Part shown: positions 43,548-53,558 of the stretch, one piece after another
Layout: every line of letters begins with the position of its first letter
Numbering within the stretch: the stretch's first letter is position 1
Origin: Pseudomonadota bacterium
GTDB lineage: Bacteria; Pseudomonadota; Gammaproteobacteria; RBG-16-57-12
Assembly (NCBI GenBank): GCA_040752855.1
Contig: JBFMHP010000017.1
Span: forward strand, 81,960-145,959
Direction: 5' to 3'
DNA: 64,000 nt
Program-made: the position numbers and the translations under genes
Notes under the pieces: generated by a model
What the model was told of the DNA's origin: nothing
What the model saw: only the letters and a program-made list of their open reading frames with translations
Database searches by the model: none

Positions 43548-44545
43548 TAACTCCCCTGACTGCGCATGATCACCGAAACCTTTTTTTTCTGTTTGTCGCG
43601 ATAGAGCACACTATACATTTGAACCGTGGCGTTGCCAAAGGTGGCGGTGGTGCTCAGCTTGAAATATTCGCTGGCAACCGACATGTATTCTTTCTCCGCC
43701 TTGGTGTTGAGGTTGGGATTGCTCTCGTAGCGGAAGCCTGCCTGGTCCAGGTCATCGGTGAACTTCTCCACGCTTTCGTTCTCCTGGAAGGCATGGGGCT
43801 CGGCCTCGTCGATCTTGAGCTTGTCGAAACACGCCGCCAGCACCTCGGGGGGGGCGGTGTTGACGTTGATCCGGGCCTGGGACTTGCCACGCGGCAGGGC
43901 GGCGAGGGAAGGCTCGAGCAAGGCAAACAGCTGCGGGGTCATGCCCTTGACCAGGCGCAGCTCGCTGATCGAGGCCATGGGCGCGTTGGCGGCCATATAT
44001 GGGTGCTCCAGGTTGAGGTAATGCATGTCCTCGGCCCCTTCGTAGCCGGAGACCTGATCGTTCTTGTCGATCCAGTCGACGATGGCGTCGACCAGATCCT
44101 TTTCCTGCACCAGCGCCTCGGGCGGGAGCGTCTCGCGGTTCTTCTCCTGCACCTTGTTGATCAGGCGTTCCAGGCGCCGGCGCACGAGTTCATCGACCTC
44201 CTCCTTTTGGTTGACCACGTCGTTGATATTGATGCGCGCGTTGAGATCCTCGATTTGGCCGCTGATCTTCCCGCCCAACTCCTCCGATTCCATCGGAACG
44301 GCCCAGACCTCGGTGATGCTGTCGGTATTGCCGCCGTTGGCGTCTTCCTCCAGCACCCGCATCGCGAATTCCTCCACGGCATAGGCCACCAGCAGGGCTT
44401 GTTCGTGGTCGAGCACGTTACCGGTGCGCCGGATGTCGTAAAACTGCCGGGCGACCATGGCGCTGGCGGCGATGGTGGCGATCATCACCACCAGCAGCAC
44501 CGTCACCAGCGCAATCCCGCGTTGTCGTGTGTGGTTCCGGCGCAT
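43544..44545 (-). CDS. gspK: Type II secretion minor pseudopilin K
   Basis: Start at MRRNHTRQRGIALVTVLLVVMIA (44545). The ORF-track Met at 44773 is an Arg-rich over-extension into gspJ. Confidence 0.8.
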   Translation of the reverse strand: MRRNHTRQRGIALVTVLLVVMIATIAASAMVARQFYDIRRTGNVLDHEQALLVAYAVEEFAMRVLEEDANGGNTDSITEVWAVPMESEELGGKISGQIEDLNARININDVVNQKEEVDELVRRRLERLINKVQEKNRETLPPEALVQEKDLVDAIVDWIDKNDQVSGYEGAEDMHYLNLEHPYMAANAPMASISELRLVKGMTPQLFALLEPSLAALPRGKSQARINVNTAPPEVLAACFDKLKIDEAEPHAFQENESVEKFTDDLDQAGFRYESNPNLNTKAEKEYMSVASEYFKLSTTATFGNATVQMYSVLYRDKQKKKVSVIMRSQGSY

Positions 44546-44546
44546 G

Positions 44547-45215
44547 CTAGGTCCCCACACCGAGGAAGAGCCGGCTAATCTCGCCCCATTGCTTGAGCTT
44601 GAGCCGCACCTCGATGCCAAACGGCAGCGCCGGGGCCTGCTGCTCATTCGGCGCGCCGGTCGTCGTGGCCGCGGGCGGCCAGGTTTCGATGCAGCGGCCC
44701 TGGCTGTTGCGGGTGTAGAAACACAGTTCCAGCGCTTCCACGCCGCTGAGGAGTTCGGTGGCGATCGGCTCACTCCCCAGCGAGCGGTCCAGTTCCACCC
44801 AGTGATAGCGGAGCAGCTTACCGTCCTTGAGCCCGTAGGCGACGCGCTGCAGATCGCTGCGCGCGCGGCCCAGCGGATTGCGCCAGCCGGCGCGGGTGAA
44901 TTCGACCCGTTTGTCCTCGTAGCTCGGCGGGGTGAGAAACGGCGCGAGCGGGGCGCCGTAACTGTCGCGCACCGGACGATTGACCGATTGGCCGAAATCC
45001 CGCTCCATGATCAGAAACGCCTTTTGCAGCTCGCGCAGGTTCTGCGCCTTGAGTTCGGCGGTCTCGCGCGCGTCCATGACGTTGCGCAGCCCCTGGTAGG
45101 CCATGATGGACATGATCGAAAAGATCACCAGCGAGACGATCAGCTCCAGCAGGGTGAAGCCGTCCGCGCGCGGGGGGTGGCTCGAGCAGCAATCTGGCAG
45201 TTGCCGGCGGCGCAT
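44547..45215 (-). CDS. gspJ: Type II secretion minor pseudopilin J
   Basis: Prepilin-type N-terminus ...RADGFTLLELIVSLVIF. Confidence 0.8.
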   Translation of the reverse strand: MRRRQLPDCCSSHPPRADGFTLLELIVSLVIFSIMSIMAYQGLRNVMDARETAELKAQNLRELQKAFLIMERDFGQSVNRPVRDSYGAPLAPFLTPPSYEDKRVEFTRAGWRNPLGRARSDLQRVAYGLKDGKLLRYHWVELDRSLGSEPIATELLSGVEALELCFYTRNSQGRCIETWPPAATTTGAPNEQQAPALPFGIEVRLKLKQWGEISRLFLGVGT

Positions 45216-45589
45216 CAGGGCTTTCCGAAATAGGTGGCAAGGGTGGTGTAGGGGCTTTTCTCGTCATCCAGGTAGACGATCAGGGTGACCTCGTTGAAGT
45301 AGGCGTTGCCTTCCAGCGGCTTGACCTCCATCTTCCACTTCCACTCCACGCCGGCGAGTTTGTATTTGCCCTCCGTCTTGCCGGTCTCCGGGGGTTTTTC
45401 CGCGATGCGCAGCTCGGTGAGCTTGTTCACTGCCACCCAGTGCGCGAGGGTCTTGTCCTGGAGATATGCGCTGGCCTTGACATGCGTGGCCACGGTCTTG
45501 ATCACCGCGCTCAGCCCGACCCCGAGGATGACCAACGCAACCATGATCTCCAGCAGGGTGAAGCCGGATTGGGATCTAGCGTGTCTCAT
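45215..45589 (-). CDS. gspI: Type II secretion minor pseudopilin I
   Basis: Start at MRHARSQSGFTLLEIMVALVIL. The ORF-track Met at 45622 overlaps gspH. Confidence 0.8.
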   Translation of the reverse strand: MRHARSQSGFTLLEIMVALVILGVGLSAVIKTVATHVKASAYLQDKTLAHWVAVNKLTELRIAEKPPETGKTEGKYKLAGVEWKWKMEVKPLEGNAYFNEVTLIVYLDDEKSPYTTLATYFGKP

Positions 45590-46229
45590 CGGCCACCTCA
45601 ACAGGCTGCACCTTGATCGCACCGGTCAGCGCCCCGTCGAGTCGGTACTCGCGTTTTTCGACCGTGTGCCGGAAGACCACGTTGAACGTGGGCTCGACCT
45701 CGCCGCTGGAAAGCAGCATGACGTGGGGCGGCGGCCCGCCCTCTTCCTTATCCTTCTCGGAGGCCCCGCCGGTCTTCACCTTCTCGAGCGCCTTGTCCGA
45801 GACCTTTTCCAGGGCCTCGTCGGAAACCTTCTTCAGATCCGCCGCCTTGACCTTCTGCAAGGGCGTGACCTTCACCGCCTCCTTGTCGAGCTGCAATTTC
45901 AGCCGGATCACCTCGGGCAGCACGCGCGGGCGCAGCAGCTCGTCTTCCTCGATCGGCATCCACTGCCCCTCCACGAACTCGGTGAACTGATAGCCATCGT
46001 CGTTGACGATCAGCCCGAGATCGCGGCCATTGAGCACGGCCTCTTCCAAGGCGAGATCCAGGATGGCTTTGAGACGCTCGGCCTCGCGTTCGGTCTCGTT
46101 CTGCTGACCCAATCCGATGGACATGACCGCAAAACCGGTCATGATGCCGATGATGAAGATCACCACCACCAGCTCCAGCAGCGTGAACCCGCGTTGCGGA
46201 TGCGGGCGATGCGGCTGGTGGCGGTTCAT
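45576..46229 (-). CDS. gspH: Type II secretion minor pseudopilin H
   Basis: MNRHQPHRPHPQRGFTLLELVVVIFIIGIM prepilin leader and hydrophobic segment. Confidence 0.8.
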   Translation of the reverse strand: MNRHQPHRPHPQRGFTLLELVVVIFIIGIMTGFAVMSIGLGQQNETEREAERLKAILDLALEEAVLNGRDLGLIVNDDGYQFTEFVEGQWMPIEEDELLRPRVLPEVIRLKLQLDKEAVKVTPLQKVKAADLKKVSDEALEKVSDKALEKVKTGGASEKDKEEGGPPPHVMLLSSGEVEPTFNVVFRHTVEKREYRLDGALTGAIKVQPVEVADETR

Positions 46230-46258
46230 GGCGGTGTGATGCGAAATCCGCGCGATGA

Positions 46259-46693
46259 TTATTCGAGGTTCCAGTTGCCGATATCCGCAGCCACACCTTC
46301 GCCGTCGGGTTTGCCGTCGGCGCCGAGAGTGTAGATATCGATGCTGCCTTTGACACCCGGGTTCAGATAGAGATAGTCATTGCCCCACGGGTCCTTCGGC
46401 AGACGGTCGAGATACCCGCCGGACTTCCAGTTGCGCGGTTGGGGATCTCCGCTAGGCTTTTTCACCAGCGCTTCCAGGCCTTGCTCGGTGCTGGGATAAA
46501 AATAATTGTCCAGCTTGTAGAGATTGATCGAGGTTTCCAGCGTGCGGATATCCTGCTTGGCCTTGGCGATGCGCGCGGCGTCCGGGCGGTCCATCAGTTT
46601 GGGGACCACGATCGATGCCAGCACGCCAAGGATCACGATCACGACGATCAGCTCGATCAGCGTAAAACCGGTTTGTCGTTTCATCTTCAACAT
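46259..46693 (-). CDS. gspG: Type II secretion major pseudopilin G
   Basis: 144 aa, KRQTGFTLIELIVVIVILGVLASIVVPKLM, highly conserved in GspG. Confidence 0.9.
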   Translation of the reverse strand: MLKMKRQTGFTLIELIVVIVILGVLASIVVPKLMDRPDAARIAKAKQDIRTLETSINLYKLDNYFYPSTEQGLEALVKKPSGDPQPRNWKSGGYLDRLPKDPWGNDYLYLNPGVKGSIDIYTLGADGKPDGEGVAADIGNWNLE

Positions 46694-46722
46694 CTTTGCT
46701 TCTTCCTACTTAAACATGAACG

Positions 46723-47952
46723 TTATTTGATCATTGTATTGAGATCCAGGATCGGCATCAGGATCGCGGTGACGATCACCAGCACCATGCCGCCCATGAC
46801 CAGGATCAACAAGGGCTCGAACACGCCCAGCATGGCGGCGCGCGTGGTTTCCAGCTCCCGTTCCTGAGATTCCGCCGAGCGTAGCAACATTTCATCCAGC
46901 CTGCCACTGGCCTCGCCGCTGGCCACCAGGTGGATCATCAGGGCCGGAAAATACCCCGTGCCTTGCAGCGCCATCTTCAGGCTCGTCCCCTCGCGCACCT
47001 GCCGGGCGGCGACCTCCACGGCTTCCCGCATCGGGATGTTGGTGATGACCTGTCCGCCGATGTGCAAGGCTTCCAGCGCCGGCACGCCGCTGGCCAGCAA
47101 GGTGCTGCAGGTGCGGGCAAAAACGGCGGTGTTGACGCCCTTGATCATCTTGCCCACCAACGGCATGCGCAACAGAAAGTGATGCACGCTCTTGCGGAAG
47201 GTGAAGGAGCGCATCATGGAACGGAATACCATGACCGCCCCGATAACCGCGATGATCATGTAGACCCCGTAACCGCGCAGCATATCGCTGACAAAGATCA
47301 CCACGCGCGTCAGCGGCGGCAGCTCCTGCTTGAGGCTGGCGAACACCTCAACCACCTGCGGCACCACATACGCGGTGAGGAACATCACCGCCAGCAGCGC
47401 TACGGTGGTCAGCACGGCCGGATAGATCAGGGCCAGGAGCATCTTCTGCCCGATCTGCTGCTGGCCCTCGGCGTAATCGGCCAGGCGCTCGAGGATTACA
47501 TCCAGATGGCCGGATTGCTCGCCGGCGGCGATCGTGGCGCGATACATCTCGGAAAACGACTGCGGATACTCGCTCAAGGCGAGCGATAAACCATGCCCTT
47601 CCAGCACCCGCGCGCGGATCGAGGCCAGCATGGCCTCGAGATGGGGCTTGCCCACCTGTTGGGCGGTGACACCCAGCGCCTCCTCCACCGGGATGCCCGA
47701 GCGGATCAGCGTGGCCAGTTGCCGTGTGATCATCGCCACATCGGATGAGGAGGCGCGCTTGCCCAACGACAGCGCAAAGCCGCCACCGGATTTACGCGCC
47801 GCGCGCTGCTTGACCGGCTTGACCTCGAGCGGCACCCAGCCTTTCTCGCGCAGCTGCTGGCGGATCTGGCGCGGCGCGTCGCCCTCGAGCACGCCCTTGC
47901 GCTCGCGCCCCTTGTCGTCCAGTGCGGCGTATTCAAAGGCGCCCATGATCAA
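46723..47952 (-). CDS. gspF: Type II secretion inner-membrane platform protein F
   Basis: 409 aa with two GspF repeats and 3 TM helices. Confidence 0.9.
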   Translation of the reverse strand: MIMGAFEYAALDDKGRERKGVLEGDAPRQIRQQLREKGWVPLEVKPVKQRAARKSGGGFALSLGKRASSSDVAMITRQLATLIRSGIPVEEALGVTAQQVGKPHLEAMLASIRARVLEGHGLSLALSEYPQSFSEMYRATIAAGEQSGHLDVILERLADYAEGQQQIGQKMLLALIYPAVLTTVALLAVMFLTAYVVPQVVEVFASLKQELPPLTRVVIFVSDMLRGYGVYMIIAVIGAVMVFRSMMRSFTFRKSVHHFLLRMPLVGKMIKGVNTAVFARTCSTLLASGVPALEALHIGGQVITNIPMREAVEVAARQVREGTSLKMALQGTGYFPALMIHLVASGEASGRLDEMLLRSAESQERELETTRAAMLGVFEPLLILVMGGMVLVIVTAILMPILDLNTMIK

Positions 47953-49472
47953 CCTTCATGAGTGACGCGCAGGACCTCTTCGAGCGAGGTCACACCCGCG
48001 AGCACCTTCTTGACGCCGTCCTGGAAGATGCTGGGATGCCGCTTGTGGGAATACTCGGCCATGCTGTGCTCGCCCGCGCCGTCGTGGATCATGATGCGCA
48101 GCTTGTCGTCGATCTCGAACAACTCGTGCATGCCGGTGCGTCCCCAATAACCTTGGTTCTTGCATTGCGCGCAGCCGACCGAGTGATAAATCGTCGGCGG
48201 ATGCGCCGGATCGACGCCCATCGTGACGCACTCGGCCTCGCTGGCGGTGTAGGCCTGCTTGCAGTGCGGGCAGAGCACGCGCACCAGGCGCTGCGCCAGC
48301 ACGCCGAGCAGGCTCGATGAGAGCAGGAACGGCTCGACACCCATATCGCGCAAGCGGGTCACTGCCCCCACCGCGGTGTTGGTGTGCAGGGTCGACAACA
48401 CGAGGTGGCCGGTCAAGCTCGCCTGCACGGCGATCTCGGCGGTCTCCAGGTCACGGATTTCACCGACCATCACCACGTCCGGGTCCTGACGCAGGATCGC
48501 GCGCAAGCCGCGCGCGAAGCTCATGTCGATCTTGGTATTCACATTGGTCTGGCTGATGCCTTCGAGCGTATACTCGATCGGATCTTCCACCGTCATGATG
48601 TTGCGCTGGCCGTTGTTGATCTGGATCAGGCCGGCGTACAACGTGGTGGATTTACCCGAGCCGGTCGGACCGGTCACCAGCAGGATGCCATGGGGTTTCT
48701 GAACGATGCGCTCCATGCCCTCGCGCACGGCGCCGGACATGCCCAGTTGCTTCAAGCTGAGCTTGCCGGCCTGTTTGTCGAGGATACGCATCACCACGCG
48801 CTCGCCAGCGCCCGTGGGCATGGTGGAGACGCGCACGTCCACCGCGCGGCCGGCGAGCTTGAGCGAGATGCGGCCGTCCTGCGGCAGGCGTTTTTCCGCG
48901 ATGTCCAGCCGCGCCATGACCTTGATGCGCGAAACCAGCAGCGGCGCCAGCACCTTCTTGGGCTGCAGCACCTCGCGCAACACGCCGTCGACCCGAAACC
49001 GGATCACCAGCTTGTTTTCATACGGCTCGATGTGGATATCGGAGACGCCGTCCTTGATCGCCTGGGTCAGCGTGGCATTGATCAGCCGAATGATCGGCGC
49101 ATCGTCTTCGCTCTCCAGCAGATCCTCCGGTTCGGGCATCTGCTGGGCGACCTGAAACAGATCCATTTCCTCGTCGATGCTGCCGGCCATGTTCATGGCC
49201 TGCGCCGAACCTTCCTCAAAGGCCTTTTGCAGAAGCTGGTCGAACTCGGCGGCGGGCACCGAGTGGATGCGCACCGGCACGTCAAGAAAGCGGCGCATCT
49301 CAAGCAGCGCACGGCTGGTGACGTTCTCGCGGCACACCACTTCGGCAAACTCCGCCTTAGGCTCCTTCAGCAGCACGCCGTGGCGCTTGGCGAAGGCAAA
49401 CGGAAACTGCGCGGAGCGCGCCGGCGCTGTTTCCGGCGCCAGCGCCGCTGCATCTTGCACAACCTCACTCAT
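47949..49472 (-). CDS. gspE: Type II secretion ATPase E
   Basis: Start chosen at MSEVVQDAA (49472), just after the gspD stop. Walker A VTGPTGSGKSTTLYA, and a C-terminal tetracysteine CPHC...CAQC. Confidence 0.9.
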   Translation of the reverse strand: MSEVVQDAAALAPETAPARSAQFPFAFAKRHGVLLKEPKAEFAEVVCRENVTSRALLEMRRFLDVPVRIHSVPAAEFDQLLQKAFEEGSAQAMNMAGSIDEEMDLFQVAQQMPEPEDLLESEDDAPIIRLINATLTQAIKDGVSDIHIEPYENKLVIRFRVDGVLREVLQPKKVLAPLLVSRIKVMARLDIAEKRLPQDGRISLKLAGRAVDVRVSTMPTGAGERVVMRILDKQAGKLSLKQLGMSGAVREGMERIVQKPHGILLVTGPTGSGKSTTLYAGLIQINNGQRNIMTVEDPIEYTLEGISQTNVNTKIDMSFARGLRAILRQDPDVVMVGEIRDLETAEIAVQASLTGHLVLSTLHTNTAVGAVTRLRDMGVEPFLLSSSLLGVLAQRLVRVLCPHCKQAYTASEAECVTMGVDPAHPPTIYHSVGCAQCKNQGYWGRTGMHELFEIDDKLRIMIHDGAGEHSMAEYSHKRHPSIFQDGVKKVLAGVTSLEEVLRVTHEG

Positions 49473-51480
49473 GCTGGAACAACTCTTCGGTCGGGGTGTC
49501 GCCCGCCGCCTCGCCCTCAGCGGGTGCGGTCGCGCCCTGATTCTGCATATCCGCGGGCGTATATTGCAGGAACGCCCCCGGACGCGGCAGCACCGGCACG
49601 CGCTCGTCATCCAGCAGCGACACGCCTTCCTGATACTGCAGCAGTTGTTTGTTGCGGATGTAGTTGTACTTGGCCGAGGTCACGCGCACGCTGTCTTCCA
49701 GATCGCGCAGGATCGTCGGTTTGAGGAAGATCATCAGATTGGTCTTGATCTTCTGGGCAGTCTTGCTGCGGAACAGCATGCCGAGCAAGGGGATATCGCC
49801 AAGCAGGGGCACCTTGGATTCGCTTTCGAGCAGATCGTCCTTGATCAGGCCGCCGAGCACGATCATCTTGCCGTCATCCACCAGGACGCTCGTCTTGATC
49901 GAGCGAGTGTTGGTGACGATATCCGCCGCCTTGGCTGTGGTGTTAATGCTGTCAACCGACTGCTCGATATCCAGTTTGATGGAGCTGCCTTCATTGATCT
50001 GCGGGACCACCTTCAAGGTGATCCCGACGTTTTCACGCTTGATGGTCTGGAACGGATTGACAGCGCCTCCGGTGCCGGTGGCCTGCGAGAACGAACCGGT
50101 GACAAACGGCACCTGCTGACCCACCACGATCTCGGCGGCCTGGTTATCGAGTGTGACGACACTTGGCGTGGACAACACATTGGTAGCTCCATCGCCTTCC
50201 AACGCCCGCAACAACACGGCGAAGTTCAGATCCGGATCATTGAATTTCCCCGCGCCGACCAGCATCCCGTCGAGGACCGGCACTTGGCCGGCCAAGGCCG
50301 CGCCGCCGACCTCGAGTATGTTACCGCCGCTTCCCTTGCCGAAGGCGATGGAGCCGACCGGGCCGGAGCCCTTCGGGCTGCCGTCGAACAGCCATTGCAC
50401 GCCCAAATCCGCCGCGCGGTCGGAGGACACCTCAGCGATGATCGCCTCGACCAGCACTTGGGCGCGGCGCACATCGAGCTGGCGCACGACGGAACTCAAG
50501 GCCTTGAACACATCCGGCGGCGCGGTCAACACCAGGGTGTTGGTGGTGTCTTCGGCCTGGATATGGTAGATCGGCGCGGCGTTCGGCTGGTTCTTGATCT
50601 TCTCCTTGACCTGGCTGTCGGCCACACCGGACAACACCGGCACCAGATCCTTGGCCTTGGCGTAACGCAGATAGATGACGTGTGTATTACCGATCGACTC
50701 GGTGGGCGTGTCAAGGTGGCTGATCATGGCGCGCAGCTGAAGCCGGCCCGCGACCTCGCCGCCGATGAAGATGGTGTTGGTACGCTCGTCGGCGACCACG
50801 ATCGGCTGGGAGATCTGCGGATCGGTTTTCTTATCCTGCGCCAGCATGCTCAGCAGCACGCGCATGACCTCGGCGGCCGAGGCGTGGGTGAGCTGGATCG
50901 CCTCCACATCGCCGCTGGTCGGCTGGTCGATGCGGTCGATGATTTGGATCATGCGTTCGATATTGCCGCGCGTGGCGGAGATCACCAGGGTGTTGCTTTG
51001 CGGATGCGCGGCCATATGGCCATTCGGCGGGACCAGGGGGCGCAGGATGGGGACCATCTGCGCGGCGGAGACGTTCTTGACATGGATCACCTGGGTGATG
51101 AAGGCGTCGTCGCCGCCGACGCGCGATTCGCCGCTCATCATCTTGGCATTGGCGGCCGGCACGATCTTGATGATGCCTCCGGCCGGGACTGCCACAAAAC
51201 CGTGCACATCGAGCACCGAGAGGAACACCTCGTAGGTCTCATCCTTGGTCATCGGGTGCGAAGAGACGATGGTGACCTTGCCCTTGACGCGGGGATCGAC
51301 CACGAAGTTGCGGCCGGTCTCGCGCGCGATCAACTCGACCACCGCGTTGATATCCGCATCCTTCAGATTCAGGGTGATCGTACCCTGCTGCGCCTGAGCA
51401 GACACCAGCAGTGAACACCAGAGGACGAGGCCTAGACACCCGCGCGCCATAATTCGATGAGATTTGTTCATCCACAACAT
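49465..51480 (-). CDS. gspD: Type II secretion outer-membrane secretin D
   Basis: 671 aa with a signal peptide, N0-N3 domains and a secretin domain (...VPLLGDIPLLGMLF). Confidence 0.9.
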   Translation of the reverse strand: MLWMNKSHRIMARGCLGLVLWCSLLVSAQAQQGTITLNLKDADINAVVELIARETGRNFVVDPRVKGKVTIVSSHPMTKDETYEVFLSVLDVHGFVAVPAGGIIKIVPAANAKMMSGESRVGGDDAFITQVIHVKNVSAAQMVPILRPLVPPNGHMAAHPQSNTLVISATRGNIERMIQIIDRIDQPTSGDVEAIQLTHASAAEVMRVLLSMLAQDKKTDPQISQPIVVADERTNTIFIGGEVAGRLQLRAMISHLDTPTESIGNTHVIYLRYAKAKDLVPVLSGVADSQVKEKIKNQPNAAPIYHIQAEDTTNTLVLTAPPDVFKALSSVVRQLDVRRAQVLVEAIIAEVSSDRAADLGVQWLFDGSPKGSGPVGSIAFGKGSGGNILEVGGAALAGQVPVLDGMLVGAGKFNDPDLNFAVLLRALEGDGATNVLSTPSVVTLDNQAAEIVVGQQVPFVTGSFSQATGTGGAVNPFQTIKRENVGITLKVVPQINEGSSIKLDIEQSVDSINTTAKAADIVTNTRSIKTSVLVDDGKMIVLGGLIKDDLLESESKVPLLGDIPLLGMLFRSKTAQKIKTNLMIFLKPTILRDLEDSVRVTSAKYNYIRNKQLLQYQEGVSLLDDERVPVLPRPGAFLQYTPADMQNQGATAPAEGEAAGDTPTEELFQHE

Positions 51481-51536
51481 CGTTTTACCACTCTTTTGAG
51501 ATCATTATTTCGTTACTTGCCGAGTCCGCCGGGGGA

Positions 51537-52469
51537 TCACTCCGCCCGAAACACCATGGACTGAGACACACCGTTGCGTTCTATTTGAAGGGAGAGTTCA
51601 TCGGCGGTGGTGAGTTTCTTGAGCACACTCAAACCGTTGGCGGGGTCATTCAACGCCACACCATTGACCGAGGTGACGATGTCCCCCGGTCTAAGACCGA
51701 ACTTTCCCAACACAGTCTGGTCCCTCCCGTGACCAATGCGATATCCGGACAACTGTCCGCCGCGCATCACCGGCACCGCCTGCACCAGGTTCATGAGACT
51801 CTCCGGCTTGCTCGCCAGAGTCTGCCGATACTGTTTCAGCAATTGCGGCGCCTCTGGGGAAGCCCCCGTGACCTCTGGAGGCGGCTGCGCCTCGGGCGGC
51901 GGCGCCTCGTATGACTCGGGCCCAGACGGCGTACCGCCCGCGCCGGAATCCTGCGCCTGAGGCAAACTCAGGGTTTCATAGCGCCCGCCTCGCTCCAACA
52001 AGACCTGGTGGGGATGGACCTCGTGCAGACGGGCATTGCCCGGCAGGATATCGCCTACCCGATAATAATTCTCACCGCCGGACGGATCGCCGATAATAGC
52101 AGCCCCGCCGACCTTGCCTGTGGCCACGACACCACGCAACTCCAACTTCAACCGCGTCTCCTGGATCGGCGCATCTTCGACCGGCTGCCCTGAGGCCGCC
52201 CCGAACAAGTGCTGATTGCTGATCGTGGACACGTTGATGAGCTTGGCCGGCTTGTTTTCGGCCGTATTCTGCATCACAGGCGGCACCGCCGCCGAAGGGT
52301 CGGGTGTGTACACCCACTTCCAGGTCAAATCCGCCAGCATGGCACATGCCAGCAACAGTCCCAAGTATGTCATGATTGGAGGAAGCCGCCGGATGACCAA
52401 GTTCTGAATGAACTCACTCTTGGCGACCAGAAAGTTCAAATCACTCTGTGATATCAAATCGCCCCCCAC
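51537..52469 (-). CDS. gspC: Type II secretion protein C (PDZ domain)
   Basis: RRLPP..LLLACAMLADLTWKWV, a GspC-type TM segment. The C-terminal PDZ-like region has QLSGYRIGHGRDQTVLGKFGLRPGDIVTSVNGVALND. Confidence 0.8.
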   Translation of the reverse strand: MGGDLISQSDLNFLVAKSEFIQNLVIRRLPPIMTYLGLLLACAMLADLTWKWVYTPDPSAAVPPVMQNTAENKPAKLINVSTISNQHLFGAASGQPVEDAPIQETRLKLELRGVVATGKVGGAAIIGDPSGGENYYRVGDILPGNARLHEVHPHQVLLERGGRYETLSLPQAQDSGAGGTPSGPESYEAPPPEAQPPPEVTGASPEAPQLLKQYRQTLASKPESLMNLVQAVPVMRGGQLSGYRIGHGRDQTVLGKFGLRPGDIVTSVNGVALNDPANGLSVLKKLTTADELSLQIERNGVSQSMVFRAE

Positions 52470-52654
52470 CAGGACTCAAACACCGCCGTCCCGCGCGCTT
52501 CAATCATCGTATCTGCCTTCATTAAGCACATATCCCGGCATTTGCGTGATTCCCATCTGCCGGGCCGCGCCCGATCTCCCCCAACCCAGCGCAGCCGGCC
52601 ATGAATAGCCGAACATTAAAACATTTAATCCGCCTATTTTACAGCGGATATCAC

Positions 52655-53434
52655 TTAATACCCGACTTCGGTCACAATATTCAACAGCTTTTCCACATTT
52701 TGCGTCGTGATCTGGGCGATCTGCGCCCGGTCTTCCTCCCTGATCCGCGCCAGCTCATCCAGGACCAGTAAGACATTCAGCGGGGAATTTCGTTCCCCGT
52801 GCCTCCCCGCGGGCGCCATGTCCGGGGCATCGGTTTCCAGCACGATGGACGCCAAGGGCAGCTCCCGCGCCAGTTGCCGGACGCGCCGGGCATTGGGGTA
52901 GGTCAGTACGCCGCCGAAACCCACGGCGAACCCAAGCTCTATATAGTGCTCCGCCTGCTGGCGGCTGCCGCTGAAGGCATGGACGATCCCACCCGCGACC
53001 GGCACCCGCCTCAGACAGGCAAGCACCTCGTCGTGCGCCTTGCGCACATGCAGGATCACGGGCAGGGCGTGAGACCGGGCAATCTCCAACTGGGCCAGGA
53101 ACAGATCCTGCTGGCGCGCGCGGTCGGTCTCCCGCAGATAGAAATCCAAGCCGATCTCGCCGACCGCGACGGGCCGCTGCCGCCTCACCCATTGGTCGAG
53201 CCGTTCAAGATCGCCGGTCTGGTGTTGGTGCAGAAACATCGGGTGCAGCCCCAGGGCCGGATGCAACAACGGATCGCGGGCGCACAGATCGACCAGACCG
53301 GGCCACCCCGCCGCGCTCACACCGGGGACGACAATCGCGGCGACGCCCTGACGACGACACGCCGCAAGCACAACCTCGCGGTCCTGATCGAATTCCGAAA
53401 AATCGAGATGGCAATGACTGTCGCACACCCGCAT
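52655..53434 (-). CDS. tatD: TatD-family metal-dependent hydrolase/DNase
   Basis: 259 aa with CDSHCHLDF at the N-terminus and a GEIGLDFY motif. Confidence 0.85.
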   Translation of the reverse strand: MRVCDSHCHLDFSEFDQDREVVLAACRRQGVAAIVVPGVSAAGWPGLVDLCARDPLLHPALGLHPMFLHQHQTGDLERLDQWVRRQRPVAVGEIGLDFYLRETDRARQQDLFLAQLEIARSHALPVILHVRKAHDEVLACLRRVPVAGGIVHAFSGSRQQAEHYIELGFAVGFGGVLTYPNARRVRQLARELPLASIVLETDAPDMAPAGRHGERNSPLNVLLVLDELARIREEDRAQIAQITTQNVEKLLNIVTEVGY

Positions 53435-53558
53435 GAGTTCACGGCACCTGTGGCAAAGGGACTAAATCCGACCAAGATTCGGCCGATACACCTTCCACAT
53501 TATAAGTGAAATACACGCACTACCCCATTCCCAACCACACGAGCAACAAGACGCCGCC

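Noticed and set aside
48384-51414. 446-aa and 745-aa plus-strand ORFs
   Set aside because: They are antisense to gspE and gspD and have Arg/His/Gly-rich junk composition.
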